Assembly (NCBI RefSeq): GCF_963921235.1
Contig: NC_086109.1
Location: 2,418,001-2,482,000 of the forward strand
Direction of reading: 5' to 3'
Source: Mobula hypostoma
Taxonomy: Eukaryota
Length of the DNA stretch: 64,000 bases
Both the position numbers and the translations under genes were made by a program. Within the stretch, counting starts at the first letter, position 1. Each line of letters opens with the position of its first letter. The notes beneath the pieces were generated by a model, which saw only the letters and a list, made by a program, of their open reading frames with translations, did not search any database and was not told where the DNA came from. This document shows, in pieces, positions 12,401 to 24,441 of this stretch.

Positions 12401-13199
12401 TATGTTGAAATTTTCTTTTACATTATTGGATAATTTACCCTTGTATTTCATCTTTTTTTCCTTATTGGTTTTACAATTGTTCTCCACTCGGTCTTAAAAG
12501 CTTCCTGCTAAAATTCACCATATTGTATGCCTCCTTTGCTTTGCTTCTATGCTGCACCTGAATCCTTGTCCTCTCCATAGAGTGAGGTTCCAACCCCACT
12601 GGGACTGTGGAACAAGACCAGAAGTTCCACTGGGATGGAAACCCACTCCCAACCTCCTCACTCTGCATTGGGTCTGGGCTCCATTACCCAATAACTGGGT
12701 CTGTGGAGAGGTACTAGCTGTCCAGGTGAAGGGGGTGGCTTGTGTTGCAGTCTTCCTCAGTGGTTACATGTGAGCCGGGGACTCCCTCCTGGGATGCTAG
12801 CATCTATGTCTCTTTCAAGAGAGTCTGGGCTTGGTGTTCCCTCGGGGGGGATACCAGAACCCAGACTGATCCACTGCTCAGCCCTGATGTCCCCACCGAG
12901 TCGATGGGACAGAGTGCAGTTAGACCACTGTGGGCCTGGGGGACAGATCATTCTTTCTGGTGGTGGGACATTCCCACAGTTACACCACTGTGGACACAAT
13001 GGAGACCTCGCTTTCTCCAGTGAGTGATTATCAGACACCCAGTAACCTTGCAGCTTCATTCATTTTGCACAGACACTGTTCAATCTATTATGAAAGAGTG
13101 TGGAGACAAACTATGGTCACACCAACATGAACCTCAAAGTCTGTTTAAAGGGAATGGTTGAGGTTGTTGTCTCTTTTGCAACTGTCACAGCATTGGAAA

Positions 13200-16100
13200 T
13201 GTAGGGTTAGACCGAGCTCAACCTGACAATCAAGTGGATTATGTTGCTTGACCTCAGGGGAACACCTGTAATTAGGACATTGTAGCCATTAGGAAGACAT
13301 GATTGCAGGAGGGGCAAGACTGGCAGCTCAATATTACGGGGTTCCGTTGTTTTAGATGTGACAGAGTGGGAGGGATTAAAGGAGGAGGGCTGGCGTTACT
13401 AGTCAGAGAGAATATCACCACAGAGCTCCATCAGGATTGACTGGAGAACTCGACTAGTGAGGCCTTATGGGTGGAACTGAGAAATCAAAAAGGAATGACG
13501 GCGTTAGTGGGGCTAAATTACAAACAACCCAACAGTCCGTGGGATTCAGAGGAATAAATTTATAGAGAGCTCGCAGACTGTTGCCAGAAACACAAGGTTG
13601 TTGTAGTAGGTGATCTTAACTTTCCACATAATGGCTGGGAATCCCATACTGTAAAAGGACGAGATGGGATAGAGTTGGTTAAATGTATTCAGGAAAGTTT
13701 CCTTCGTCAGTGTGTAGAAGTCCCAACGAGAGTTGCTGATACTTAGTCTGCTATTAGGAAATGAGACAGGGCAGATGACAGAAGTTGGTGCAGAGGAACA
13801 CTTTGCATCTATTGAAGACAATGCCATTAGTTTCAAAGTAAATATACAAAGAGGTAGTCCAATTCACAAACAAGAGAAAATCTGCAGATGCTGGAAATCC
13901 AAACAACACCCACAAAATGCTAGAGGAATTTAGCTGGCCAGGCAGCATCTATGGAAAAGAGTACAGCTGACATTTCAGGCCGAGACCCTCAGGGTCGATG
14001 GTACTGTTTTCTTTAGGTGCTGCCTGTTCCTCCAGCATTTTGTGTATGATACAAAGAGATAGATCTGGTCTGTGAGTTGAGATCCTAAATTAGAGACAGG
14101 CCAATTTTGATGGTATCAGAAATGATCTGGCAAGTGTGGTTTGGGACAGGCTGTTTCTGACAAAGGTGTACTTGGAAAGTAGAAGGCCTTCAAAAATGAA
14201 GTTCTGAGAATACGAGTATGGTATGTGCCTGTCAGAATAAAAGGTAAAGATAGCATGCTACGGAACTTTGGTTTACAAGAGATCTTGAGCCCCTGTTTCA
14301 GAGATAAAAGGGGGTGTACAGCAGGCATAGGTAAGTATGAACAAATGAGGTGCTCATGAAACACAAGAAATGCAAGGGAAGGCTTTAGAAAGAAATTAGA
14401 AAGACTAAAGTAAGGTTTGAAGTTGCTCTTGCAGACAAGGTGAAGGAGAATCCTAAAGGATTCTACAGGTATGTTAAGAGCAAAAGGATTGCTAGGGACA
14501 ACATTGGTTTGCTGGAAGACATGAATGGTAGTCCATGTGTGGAGCCAGAACAGATGGGGAGATGGGAAATGCATTCTTTGCATCTGTATTTACTCAGGGG
14601 GTGGATACAGAGTCTACAGAAGTGAGCCATAGTGGCAACTTCATGGATCCTCCACAGATTACAGAGCAGGAGGTGTTTGCCACCCTGAGACAAATCAGCG
14701 TGGATAAATCCACAGCACCTGACAAGGTGTTCCCTCGGATCCTGTGGAAGCCAAGTGCAGAAATTTCCAGGGGCCTAGCAGAGATATTTAAATCACCCTT
14801 AACTATAGGAGTGGTACCAAAGGATTGGAGGATAGCCAATGGAGTTTCACTGTTTAAAAAAGGCTCTGAGGGACCAGATATATCAGTAATTGGATCGATA
14901 TGGACTGATTAAGGATAGTCAGCATGGCTTTGTACGTGGTATGTCGTGTCTAATTAATCTTGTAAGTTTTTATCGAGGATGTTACCGGGAAAGTGGATGA
15001 AGGCAAGGTAGCAGATGTTGTCTGCATAGATTTTAGAAAGGCATTTGACAAGATCCGACATGGGTGTCTGGTCAAGAAGGATCTGTTGCTTGGCATTCAG
15101 GATGAGAGAGTAAATTGGATTAGACATTGGATTTGTGGAAGAAGCCAGAAGTGGTAGTAGAAGGTTGCCTCTCGGACTGGAGGCCTGTAACTAGTGGTGT
15201 ACTAGTGGTGTCAATGCTGGGTCCTTCGTTGTTTGCCATCTGTAGCAATGATCTAAATAATCATGTGGATAACTAGACCAGCAAATTTGTGGATGACACA
15301 GTTTTGGGGTGTAGTGGACAGTGAGTAAAGATATCATGGATTGCAAAGTGATCAGTATCAGCTGGAAAAATGGACCGAGAAATGTCAGATGGAATCTAAG
15401 ACAGACAAGTACGAGGTTTGGCATTTCAGTAGGACCAACAGCAGGTCTTACGCAGTGAATGGCAGGGCACTGAGGACTGTGGTAGAACAAAGGGATCTGG
15501 GAATACAGATTCATAATTCATTGAAAATGCCATCATAGATGGGGTCATAAAGAAAGCTTTTGGCACATTGGCCTTCAGAAGATGAGATGTTATGACGAAG
15601 TTGTATAAGACATCGGTGAGGCCTAATTTGGAGCATTGTATGGAGTTTTGGTCACCTACCTCCAGGAAGGATGTAAACAGGTTTGAAAGAGTGAAGAGAA
15701 AATTTACAAGCCTGTTGCCGGGTCGGGAGGACCTGGGTTATAAGGAAAGATTGAATAGATCACAACTGTTTTCTTTAGAATGTAGACAATTGGGAGGAGA
15801 TTTATAAAGGTATACAAAATTATGAGGGTATAATAGGGGCAATACAAAGGCTTTTTCCACTGACGTTGGGTAGGACTCCCACCAGAGATCATTGGTTAAG
15901 GTTGAAAGGTTAGAAGTTTAAGGCAAAAATGAAGGGAAACTTCTTCACTCAGAGGGTCACGAGATTGCGGAATGAGCTGCCAGTGCAAGTGGTCCATGCA
16001 AGCTCGATTTCAATGTTTAAGAGAAAATTGGATAGGTAGGTATATGGATAGCCGGGATATGGAGGGCAATGATGTCGGTGCAGGTCATTGCGAGTAGGCA

Positions 16101-16390
16101 GTTTCAATGGTTTCAGCATGGATTAGATGGACCGAAGGGCCGGTTTCTGTGCTGTATTTCTCTTCGACAATGACTCTAAAGGACTCACTGTGGATGAGAT
16201 ATTTCTGTTGGTGGACACACTTGAGGTCTCCAGCAGCTTTCTAATCTGCCATCTGACATGGTAAATGCAGGCTCAGTCTTAAATTTTAAGAATAAGTTGG
16301 ACAGGTACATGAATGGGAGAGTCTGGAGGGTTATGGACTGGATGCAGGTCAATGGGACTAACGGAATAATGTTTCAGCACAGACTAGAAG
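13200..16390 (+). mobile_element. Degenerate CR1 ORF2 (APE and RT) with 3' UTRs, interrupted by a PLE fold-back insert at ~13860-14050
   Basis: Peptides KENPKGFYRYVKSKR, STAPDKVFPRIL, TSVRPNLEHCMEFWSP. Numerous stops. Confidence 0.8.
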
Positions 16391-17049
16391 GGCCGAATGG
16401 CCTGTTTTCTGTGCTGTGGTTCTAAGGTTCTATTCCCCATGAGCTCCTCTACCATCTGCATCTTCAGGGAGGTGCTGCTGGAGATCACCCCATTCCCACT
16501 CAATCGTCAGCACAGCAGCCACGTCTCCTCTTTCTACCGCAAGCTGATGTGGAAGGAGGTTACTGACGGGCAGTTCATTGTTTGCTTCCCAGTGACAGAT
16601 AGCTGTGTGTCCCAGCCCTCAGGCTGCGCTTGGTGCCACTGGGATAGTACTGTTATGCCTGGCCTCTAACCCACTCCCGAGGCAGTAGGTGCGGATCAGC
16701 AGCGGGTAAGGAGGGAGGGGAATTTTTGGGTGGAAGGAAGGTGCAGAGGGTAACTGAACACTTCCATTCACATTACCTGGCCACCATCTCCAGTACTGCC
16801 CTTTCCCTGGGCCTGACCCTGGGAAGTCCACCTGTTCCAAGGCTGGGGGAGTCAGGCAGGAGGATGGAGTGTTGGAGGTGGTGACTTCCTGTTTGATAGA
16901 GTGTCTGAGCCTCTGTAACCCTCAGGGAAGGAGGAAATACTCTCACTAAGTTGAAGGGTGGTCTTGAGGTGCAGAGACCATTTAGGATTGGGGGATGAAG
17001 TCGGCTGCTGGGTCCACAGACATGATAGCCAATCCCTTGAACTATGCAG

Positions 17050-17350
17050 CTCCTGACTGACCATGCTAAGTTGCTGGAACTGAAGGAGGATATATTCAGG
17101 GCCATCCAGGATACTGAGAGCATCATCGATAACAGTTTCTGTACAGTAGTCACAGGTACACTGCAGATGAGTTGGTGAACACCAGGAAAGGTAGAGGGAG
17201 CAGCAACAAGTACTTCCCTTTGGACGCTGCTGCTGGGGGTAGGTGGGGAAATGAACTTTCAGGCCACAGCAGCAGCAGCCAAGCGGGTGGCACTGTGACC
17301 ACTGTGAGGCTCCGTGGGGAAGGGTAAAGTCACACTGAGCAATAGTGACA
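17050..17350 (+). mobile_element. CR1 ORF1 fragment
   Basis: LLTDHAKLLELKEDIFRAIQDTESIIDNSFCTVVT matches the CR1 ORF1 coiled-coil region. Confidence 0.6.
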
Positions 17351-17551
17351 GCTTATTGTCACCTCAGCTCTGTTCCCTCTAAAACTGCACAGGTGCATGG
17401 CTGCGCAACAACTGAAATGCCCTCATGCACATAGCCTTTGTTGCCATGCAGCAGGAATTGGATGCAGCTAGAAAAAGTTTTGAAACATGAAAGATTTACT
17501 TGTTGTACTGTATTTCATTTTACCCTTCAATTAATAAACAAAAATCCAAAG

Positions 17552-17735
17552 TATGGAAAAGAGTAAACAGTCGACGTTATAGGTCATGACCCTTCAAAGG
17601 ACTGCCAAAGGGTTTTGGCCTGAAATGTCAACTGTACTTTTTTCCCCTCGGTGCTGCCTAGCCTGCTGAGTTCCTCCAGCATTTTGTGTGTGTTGCTCGG
17701 ATGTCCAGCATCTGCAGATTTTCTCTTGCTTGTGA
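17552..17735. mobile_element. Fold-back PLE mini-element with back-to-back degenerate hammerhead motifs
   Basis: The minus arm ends at AGTCC.TTGAAGGG..AACGTCGACTG and the plus arm begins CTGCCAAAGGG..GCCTGAAATGTCAACTG, joined at 17600-17603. Confidence 0.65.
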
Positions 17736-18261
17736 TTCTGTTATGCTGGGTGTTGGTGTACTCTTGTATTTGTGTACTTTGCTGAGCTCAGACCGCAGTC
17801 TGGGCCATTAGCAAGCAGTGCTCTGAGAAATAGACAGAACTGGGATCCCTGAACATGACAGACCACACCTTTGACCTGGAGATGCTGTGGGATCTGTTTA
17901 ACTGTGACCCACAGATATAGACCATTTGGCCCTTCCATTACAGTCCCTCCCACCCCATTGGCTATTGCTCTGTTTTCCACTCCATATGTACTCAGTTCCT
18001 CCAGCCTCAGAGTCACGAGGTTCCCCATTGGCAGTTTGATGCTTCACAGCCTCTGGTCCAGTCTCTGGGGATGTGGTGAGTGTGTCCTCAAGCCTCACAC
18101 TGGCTCAATCCCACTACACTGGGACCATGAGCCCAGCTGTGGACACGGGCAGACAGTGGGGCTCAGAAAACAGGGGAACACACAGGATCTGCCCTCACCC
18201 ATTAATTAGGGGTATTTCAGGAACTGGTGAAACCTGGACCCCTTCATGGTATCTCACTTAC

Positions 18262-18570
18262 CAGCTACCTTCAGTTGCACTTTCCTCTTAGTCCGTGTTC
18301 CTGAACTTGTTGTAACAATCACCTCATAAACGTCAGTGTCCTCTTTCTGTAGATCATGGATTGTTAAACTACAGTCTGCTGGATGACAGCCAATCCGTTG
18401 CTTGTACTTTTTAGTATCGAGATATGTCAATTTCCCATTCATGCATTCTGCTATCTTGGTTGAGTCTGATAATATTCTCCACACAACATTGGTAATTTTT
18501 GGTAGTTTTAGGATCTCAGAAGTTAACAAAACCACTTCTCCGAGGGCACCTTCCACGACGGGAATCTCAT
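18262..18570 (-). CDS. Internal exon encoding a CD2/SLAM-type IgV domain (V2, 103 codons)
   Basis: Acceptor TTGTCTCCTCAG|AT and donor G|GTAAGT, phase 1/1, 309 nt, no stops. DEIPVVEGALGEVVLL..VVWR..YKQRI..SLTIHDLQKEDTDVYEV..LKV. Lacks the canonical B-F disulfide, as in CD2/SLAM/CEACAM N-domains. Confidence 0.9.
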
Positions 18571-18678
18571 CTGAGGAGACAAGTGAAAACAGTTATCAGG
18601 AGGAGGAATTAGTGCTGAGGAATCACAGACACAGGAGCAGCCATTTCAAGTTTCAGGATTCAAATCCAAGGTTGTTTA

Positions 18679-21417
18679 TGTCACAATGGTGGGGCATTGG
18701 GAGCAAGGGTGGACCCAAATGCAAGACACATCTTGTGAGGTTAATTAAATTGAGTTTATTGTTTGATACCAGCAGAGCAAAGCAGAAGCAGGAGTAGCAA
18801 ACTGGACAAGGACTCAGGATTACGACTAGGCTGGGACTAGGGGTCTGGGCTTGGACTCGGAATTGGATCCCAGAACTAGCAGCGACATGAAGAGGCTAGG
18901 GTATGGACTCCGAGACAGAGACTGGGCAAGGACCCAGTACCTGGGTCTTGCCTCGGGCTCGGACCCCAGAACCAGGCAAGGACATGACAGGGGCTAGGGA
19001 GAGGAGGAACATGGGAACACAGAGCCTCGGTCTTGGGAGAGCAGGCACATGGAACCATGGACACATACACAGAACACAGAGTCGGGACCCCTCCTTGGGT
19101 ACAGGACATAGGGCCGGGTCTCATGACACCCCCACGGGGCAACGGCAAGACGGCCTGACTTATCCCACGCAGATGAGGACAGGATATGACAAGACATGAC
19201 CCCCTGTGGGGCAACGGCAAGGTGGTCATACTTACCCCATGGAGGCGAGGACAAGACAAGACCAACACGAAAGAACACCAGACAGTACCTATCTTGCTCC
19301 GGCGATAGAACTAGACTGAAGTGCAGGCGAGTGCTGCAGACGAGGGCGAGAGGCGAGAGGGACAGAGAAGGGATTCAGACAGTGGGGTAGGACAGGAATC
19401 ACAGACCGCCAGGGCCAGGACTCGACTCGGAACTTGGATGCCGCCAGGGCCAGGAATCGACTCGGTACTTGGATGCCGCTAGGGACGGGACTTGACTTGG
19501 AGCCTCTGGGTAGTGGCGAGCTCTTGACTCGGCCCGGAAACAGTGGACAGCGGTTCTTGATTCCCTCTGGCGGGTTAACTGACGGACCCACCTCGGTGAG
19601 GAAACTTTGCAGGCTCGGTTTGGCAAGGTAACTTGACAGGGTTGCTCCGGTGAGGAAAGGTGAATTACTGGCACTTGCTTCGGGCGGAGACTAGGCTTGC
19701 TGCGGCCAGGTGACATTGGCACGCCGTACCTTTGGCGACTTTGCAAACGCTCTTGCACCGAACGGCTGAAAGCCGGAGACCATAAACTACCGGTTCAGTC
19801 GAGAGTAAATTGCCTCCAATCACCAAAGCCGAGAGACATGGGAAAACAGGGAACCAAAGGGCAACAGGGAGTCAACGGTCCGGATCGTAACATAAACAAA
19901 GTAAATTTAAAGGGACCCTGATTCAGACCATGACAGTATCCCCCCTCCCTCCCCAATAGGAGCCTCCAGGCAACCAACAGATTTGCCTGTATTATCGATG
20001 ACCTGGGTGGGTGGAGGGGGTTTTGGCCAGCGGGCAAAACAGAACAACAACACCTTGACTTTCAGGCTGACAAGAGTTTGGAAAAACAGTGTTTGTGTCT
20101 GCTGGGTCCATGTTTGGCGAGAGCGTTCTGTCACAATGGTGGGGCATTGGGAGCAAGGGTGGACCCAAATGCAAGGCACATCTTGTGAGGTTAATTAAAT
20201 TGAGTTTATTGTTTGATACCAGGAGAGCAAAGCAGAAGCAGGAGTAGCGAACCGGACAAGGACTCAGGATTATGACTAGGCTGGGACTAGGGCTCTGGGC
20301 TTGGACTCGGAATTGGATCCCAGAACAAGCGGCAACATGCAGAGGCTAGGGTATGGACTCCGAGCCAGAGACTGGGCAAGGACCCAGTATCTGGGTCTTG
20401 CCTCGGGCTCGGACCCCAGAACCAGGCAAGGACATGAGATGGGCTAGGGAGAGGAGGATCATGGAAAAACAGAGCCTCAGTCTCAGGAGAGCAGGTACAT
20501 GGAACCATGGACACATACACAGAATGCAGAGTCAGGACCCCTCCTTGGGTACAGGACATAGGGCCAGGACTCATGAACCCCCATGGGGCAACGCAAGACG
20601 GCCTGACTTACCCCACAGAGGCAAGGACAAGACACAACAAGACATGACCCCCCTCCCCCCCCCACGGGGGAATGGCAAGATGGCCTGACTTACCCCACAG
20701 AGGCGAGGACAAGACATGACCCCCCGTGGAGCAATGGCAACTCGGCCAGACTTACCCCACGGAGGCGAGGACAAGACAAGACCAACACGAAAGAACACCA
20801 GACAGTACCTATTTAGCTCCCGCGATAGAACTAGACTGAAGTGCAGGCGAGGGCTGCAGACGAGGGCTAGAGGTGAGAGGGGCAGAGAGGGGATTCAGAC
20901 AGTGGGGTAGGGTAGGAATCACGGACCGCCAGGGCCGGGACTTGACTCAGAACTTGGATGTACCCAGAGCCAGGACTTGACTTGGAGCCTCTGGGTAGTG
21001 GTGAGCTCTTGACTCGGCCCGGAACAGTGGACAGCGGTTCTTGATTCCCTCCAGCGAGTTAACTGACAGACCCACCTCGGTGAGGAAACTTTGCAGACTC
21101 GCTTTGGCGAGCTAACTTGACAGGGTTGCGCTGGTGAGGAAAGGCGAATTACCAGCACTCGCTTCGGGCGGAGACTAGGTTTGCTCCAGCCAGATGACAT
21201 TGGCACGCTGTACCTTGGTGACTTTGCAAACGCTCCCGGACTGAACGGCTGAAAGCGGAGACTATAAACTACTGGTTCAGTCGAGAGTAAATTGTCTCCA
21301 ATCACCAAAGCCGAGGGACACGGGAAAACAGGGAACCAAAGGGAAACAGGGAGTCAATAGTCCAGATCGTAACATAAACAAAGTAAATTTAAAGGGACCC
21401 CGATCCGGACCATGACA
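18679..21417 (-). mobile_element. Non-autonomous Gypsy (chromovirus/sushi-like) LTR retroelement: two long LTRs and a 193-bp internal region
   Basis: LTRs at 18679-19935 and 20129-21417 with TGTCA..TGACA termini. 5-bp TSD GTTTA (18674-18678, 21418-21422). PPT GGGGAGGGAGGGGGATAC on minus next to 19935. Gag-start remnant ATG GAC CCA GCA GAC (MDPAD) at 20111. Confidence 0.92.
20117..20128 (-). promoter_or_regulatory. Self-priming (Tf1-type) primer-binding site of the LTR element
   Basis: Minus-strand GAACGCTCTCGC directly follows the 5' LTR and lacks the TGG of tRNA PBSs. It is complementary to LTR sequence at 19746-19756 and 21229-21239, which begins 27 nt downstream of a TATA-like motif (21263-21266). 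Confidence 0.7.
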
Positions 21418-22522
21418 GTTTATTGTCACACTTCAGTACACAAGTGTAACGGAGAACAAAATAATTGTTACTGGATCCGAGGTAGCATAAAAAAAACATG
21501 AAGCATAAACAAAACAGTAAATATAGACACGAGACAGGCAGCGGATGCTGGAAATCCAAAGCAAAACACAAAATGCTGGAGGAACTCAGCAGGTCAGGCA
21601 GCATCAATGGAAATGAATAAACGGTAGACATTTTGGGCCGAAATCCTACATAAGAGTAGCTGATGTACATAAACTGATTGCATGTTCATAAAGTGACAAT
21701 AGGTAGTGGAATATCTGTACATTATGTTACTCTGACAGGAAGTTACAACATAATGGTGGTGGGTTTATCGGTGGACGTGTAGATTAGCCTGATGGCTTGA
21801 GGGGAGTCTGCTGGCACATTCTCTGGGTCCCAGCCCAGTGAGAGAGCTGGGCCACAGTGAGCCCACACAGGGAAGAGTGAAGACTTCTTGCACCCGGTCC
21901 TGAGGAAGGAAGTTGCAACTTGCAGCCAGATATCAATAGAGGGGGCAGAGCTGGGGGTGGTGGGGCACAGACACGACAAATTGGACCCCGTCCAGGGATG
22001 CGGTAGGGGTACTGTTTGGGGAAGGTGGGATGAATGGGAGAGTGTAAGTGGTGTGGAGGGACAAAGGGAACTTGCCCACAGATCTTTGAATGAGGAATGA
22101 CAAGAGGGTGAGGCAGTCTGTATCCCTGCATTTGTTGATCAGGATCCCAGATCTGTGAACGGGGATAATGAATGTCTGGGTGGGGATGGTCAGAGCTGAG
22201 GCAGGACAAGAGAGCTCTGTGGATGGAACAGGGCTGGGGAAGGTTAATGGAGGGGTCATGGCAGAATGAGGGAACAGAGGCTGGGGACAGATTTAATAGG
22301 GTGGTGAAACGATGAGGGTCCCTGACTAAACAGAAAGGATCTCTGTCTCTGGGCAGAGAAGACGATACCAAGAGCCGCAGAAAGTACTAGACCGAACGGT
22401 GAGAGGGAAGTGGGGAGTGTACTCCAGGGAAAACATTGTCATGTGTTGGGAGGGGTGGTGGAGGCCATGATGGTCCTCACACAGATCAAACCCTGCATGA
22501 ATAGGACCAGTCACTCTCTCAC

Positions 22523-22619
22523 TGAACGAGAGAGAGAGAGAGAGAGGTGTGAATATGTGAAATGAGCTGGACTGATACAGCATGAAGCTAGCAGGAAGCG
22601 ACAGGCTGAAGAGCCACAT
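22523..22619 (-). CDS. Candidate leader (signal peptide) exon for the V2 unit
   Basis: ATG at 22619, MWLFSLSLPASFMLYQSSSFHIFTPLSLSLSF, phase-1 donor A|GTGAGA. Homologous to 30232-30322, but a 7-nt indel breaks frame conservation between them. Confidence 0.3.
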
Positions 22620-22899
22620 TTGCTGAAATCTTCTGGTCATTCAGTAATTTCAGAGCTGGTTCACAATGGGCCACATGACCTTCCTCAGTTTCATGAGTTC
22701 CCAACATCTGTGGGCCCATCATTATGGGTGCCCACGCCAGGGAGACCTGGGTTTATAGACAGTCAAACCCTCTACAATGTCCCAACACACACCTCTAGGA
22801 CAGGGAAGACTAGGGTTACATTCAGAGTCAAACCCATCTACAATGTCTCAACAGAGACCTCTAGGACAGGGCAGGCTGAAACACTCCACTTTCAGACCC

Positions 22900-23880
22900 T
22901 GCAGGGTTATCTTCACACTGGGCATCCTCCCAGACTGGTGGTGTGGTGCATCTACCAGAGACACTGTCCCTCGGGAAGACTCCCAGCAATAAATATCAGC
23001 TGTCCTGCTCTGTTGTACTGAACTGGGACGGTCACCTTCATTCAGAGTGTTCCTCCACCAGCAGTGAGAGACTTTCTGGCTCCATGGATGGGTGGATGGA
23101 TGAAGCAGTGGATTGGATGAGACTCATAGCTGAAGCCTCTGGCTGTTCTGTCACAACGGGTGTTGAGGGGGCTCATCAATGAGGGTCATTCAGACCAGAT
23201 TGCCACCCATGGCCAGAACTATTCATCAGACCAAGGCTCAGAAGTTGTTCTTGAGATCTGGCCTCTCTGTGACATTTCTCCAGGAGCAGAGGTATTTCTT
23301 TTGCAGGCTGCTCCTGCAAACTCTTCAGTTTTTCACACTGGACATGTTGTGCCAGTCCGTTCTGGTGTCTGGAGTGGAGGTGTTTATGTAGGAGTCCTCC
23401 CCCTTTCCACTGGGGCCTGGAGAAGAGAATGTTGTGAGACAGGTTCCCAAGTCAATTAATGGGCTCCCCAGCCACCTCTCATTTCTGCAGCCTTGAGGAG
23501 AGAGTGTATCATGTATATATGGAGTGTGAGAGGCTGTAGGACTACTGAACCATCTGAAGGCGCTGTACCTCAAGTTCAGCTGCACCTCAGCCCTACCCTT
23601 GTGACCTTTGGTCACCCAATGCGAAGGCAGGTGAGTCACTTGGGAATTCTCCAGATCAATCTGCTCTTGGGCCTGGCCAAGGTGACCATTTTCGGATCCA
23701 AGTGGTGGCCACTTGAGGGTTTTCCCTGAGCCAAATGCCCTTCTTCTGGAGTTGTGTCCATACCCGCGTGTCCCAGGAGAAGGAGCACATGGGCTCTCTA
23801 GAGGGCAATGTGTTAACTTCAATTATGTACATATTGCAATGCGAGTGTGTATGTTAATATGAAAATCATATTTATAAAGA
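22900..23880 (+). mobile_element. Tx1/L1-clade LINE 3' fragment
   Basis: ORF 23493-23729 LHLSPTLVTFGHPMRR..INLLLGLAKVTI matches the Tx1-type ORF2 C-terminus. The upstream part is more degraded and its boundary is approximate. Confidence 0.6.
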
Positions 23881-24017
23881 AATACTCAGCTGAATTTACA
23901 ATTGGAAAGATGTGGGCTGCCGCCAGTCAGTGTGTGGGACAATGGAAAAGAGGGGGAGGTGGGGAGGGCCCAGACTGTCATCAGCCTCAGTGGAGGGAGT
24001 GAGCACACAGAGAGCAG

Positions 24018-24441
24018 TTTATTCTTGCACAAAAGGAAAAGCTTTCCTTCTGTTATATAATGTCAGTCTGGCAGAGCAATGTTGAGGGAGTTTGGAGAGG
24101 ATGACAAATCCGTGGGGTGGGGTTATAAATGCACTGATTTTGTTTAACCCCAGTGAACTTCCTCCACGCCCCCAGGTGAATGGCCCACATCTCCCAGGGC
24201 TGTGTGGGAAGAAAGGTTGATTACAGTCTTGTGTGGACAGCTCCCAGATGACTGGGGTGAAGAAACCTCCCCCAGACCAAGAGCCAGCAAAGGACAGCAA
24301 GAGTCAACCCAGTGAGGAGGAAAATTTGTTGTCTGTCTACCTCAGCCTGGAATTCCTAGTTCCTGAAAAAGAACTATCGAGGTTTCTGACTGAACCAAAT
24401 GCCTGTGCCTCTTCTGAGGAAATGTCCATGCTCAGGTGTCC
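24018..24441 (-). other. Candidate terminal exon of the V1-C2 unit (short tail, in-frame hydrophobic segment after stops, AATAAA)
   Basis: Acceptor GCTTCCTTCCCCAG|GG at 24442/24441. Phase 1 gives GTPEHGHFLRRGTGIWFSQKPR* (stop at 24374). The same frame later reads IFLLTGLTLAVLCWLLVW (24325-24272). AATAAA at 24023-24018. Confidence 0.35.

Noticed and set aside
9300-13100. Search for a second C2, TM or ITSM (TxYxxV/I) exon downstream of V2
   Set aside because: Candidate acceptors near 9430 and 9890 gave no Ig, TM or tyrosine-motif peptide, and the regions are better explained as Tx1/CR1 remnants.
18876-21308. Multiple 60-130-aa ORFs inside the LTRs
   Set aside because: GC-rich LTR sequence with internal short repeats. 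The ORFs are not conserved in frame between the two LTR copies.
22326-22430. Hydrophobic stretch FGLVLSAALGIVFSAQRQR as a TM exon
   Set aside because: No phase-compatible acceptor or donor, and an upstream in-frame stop.
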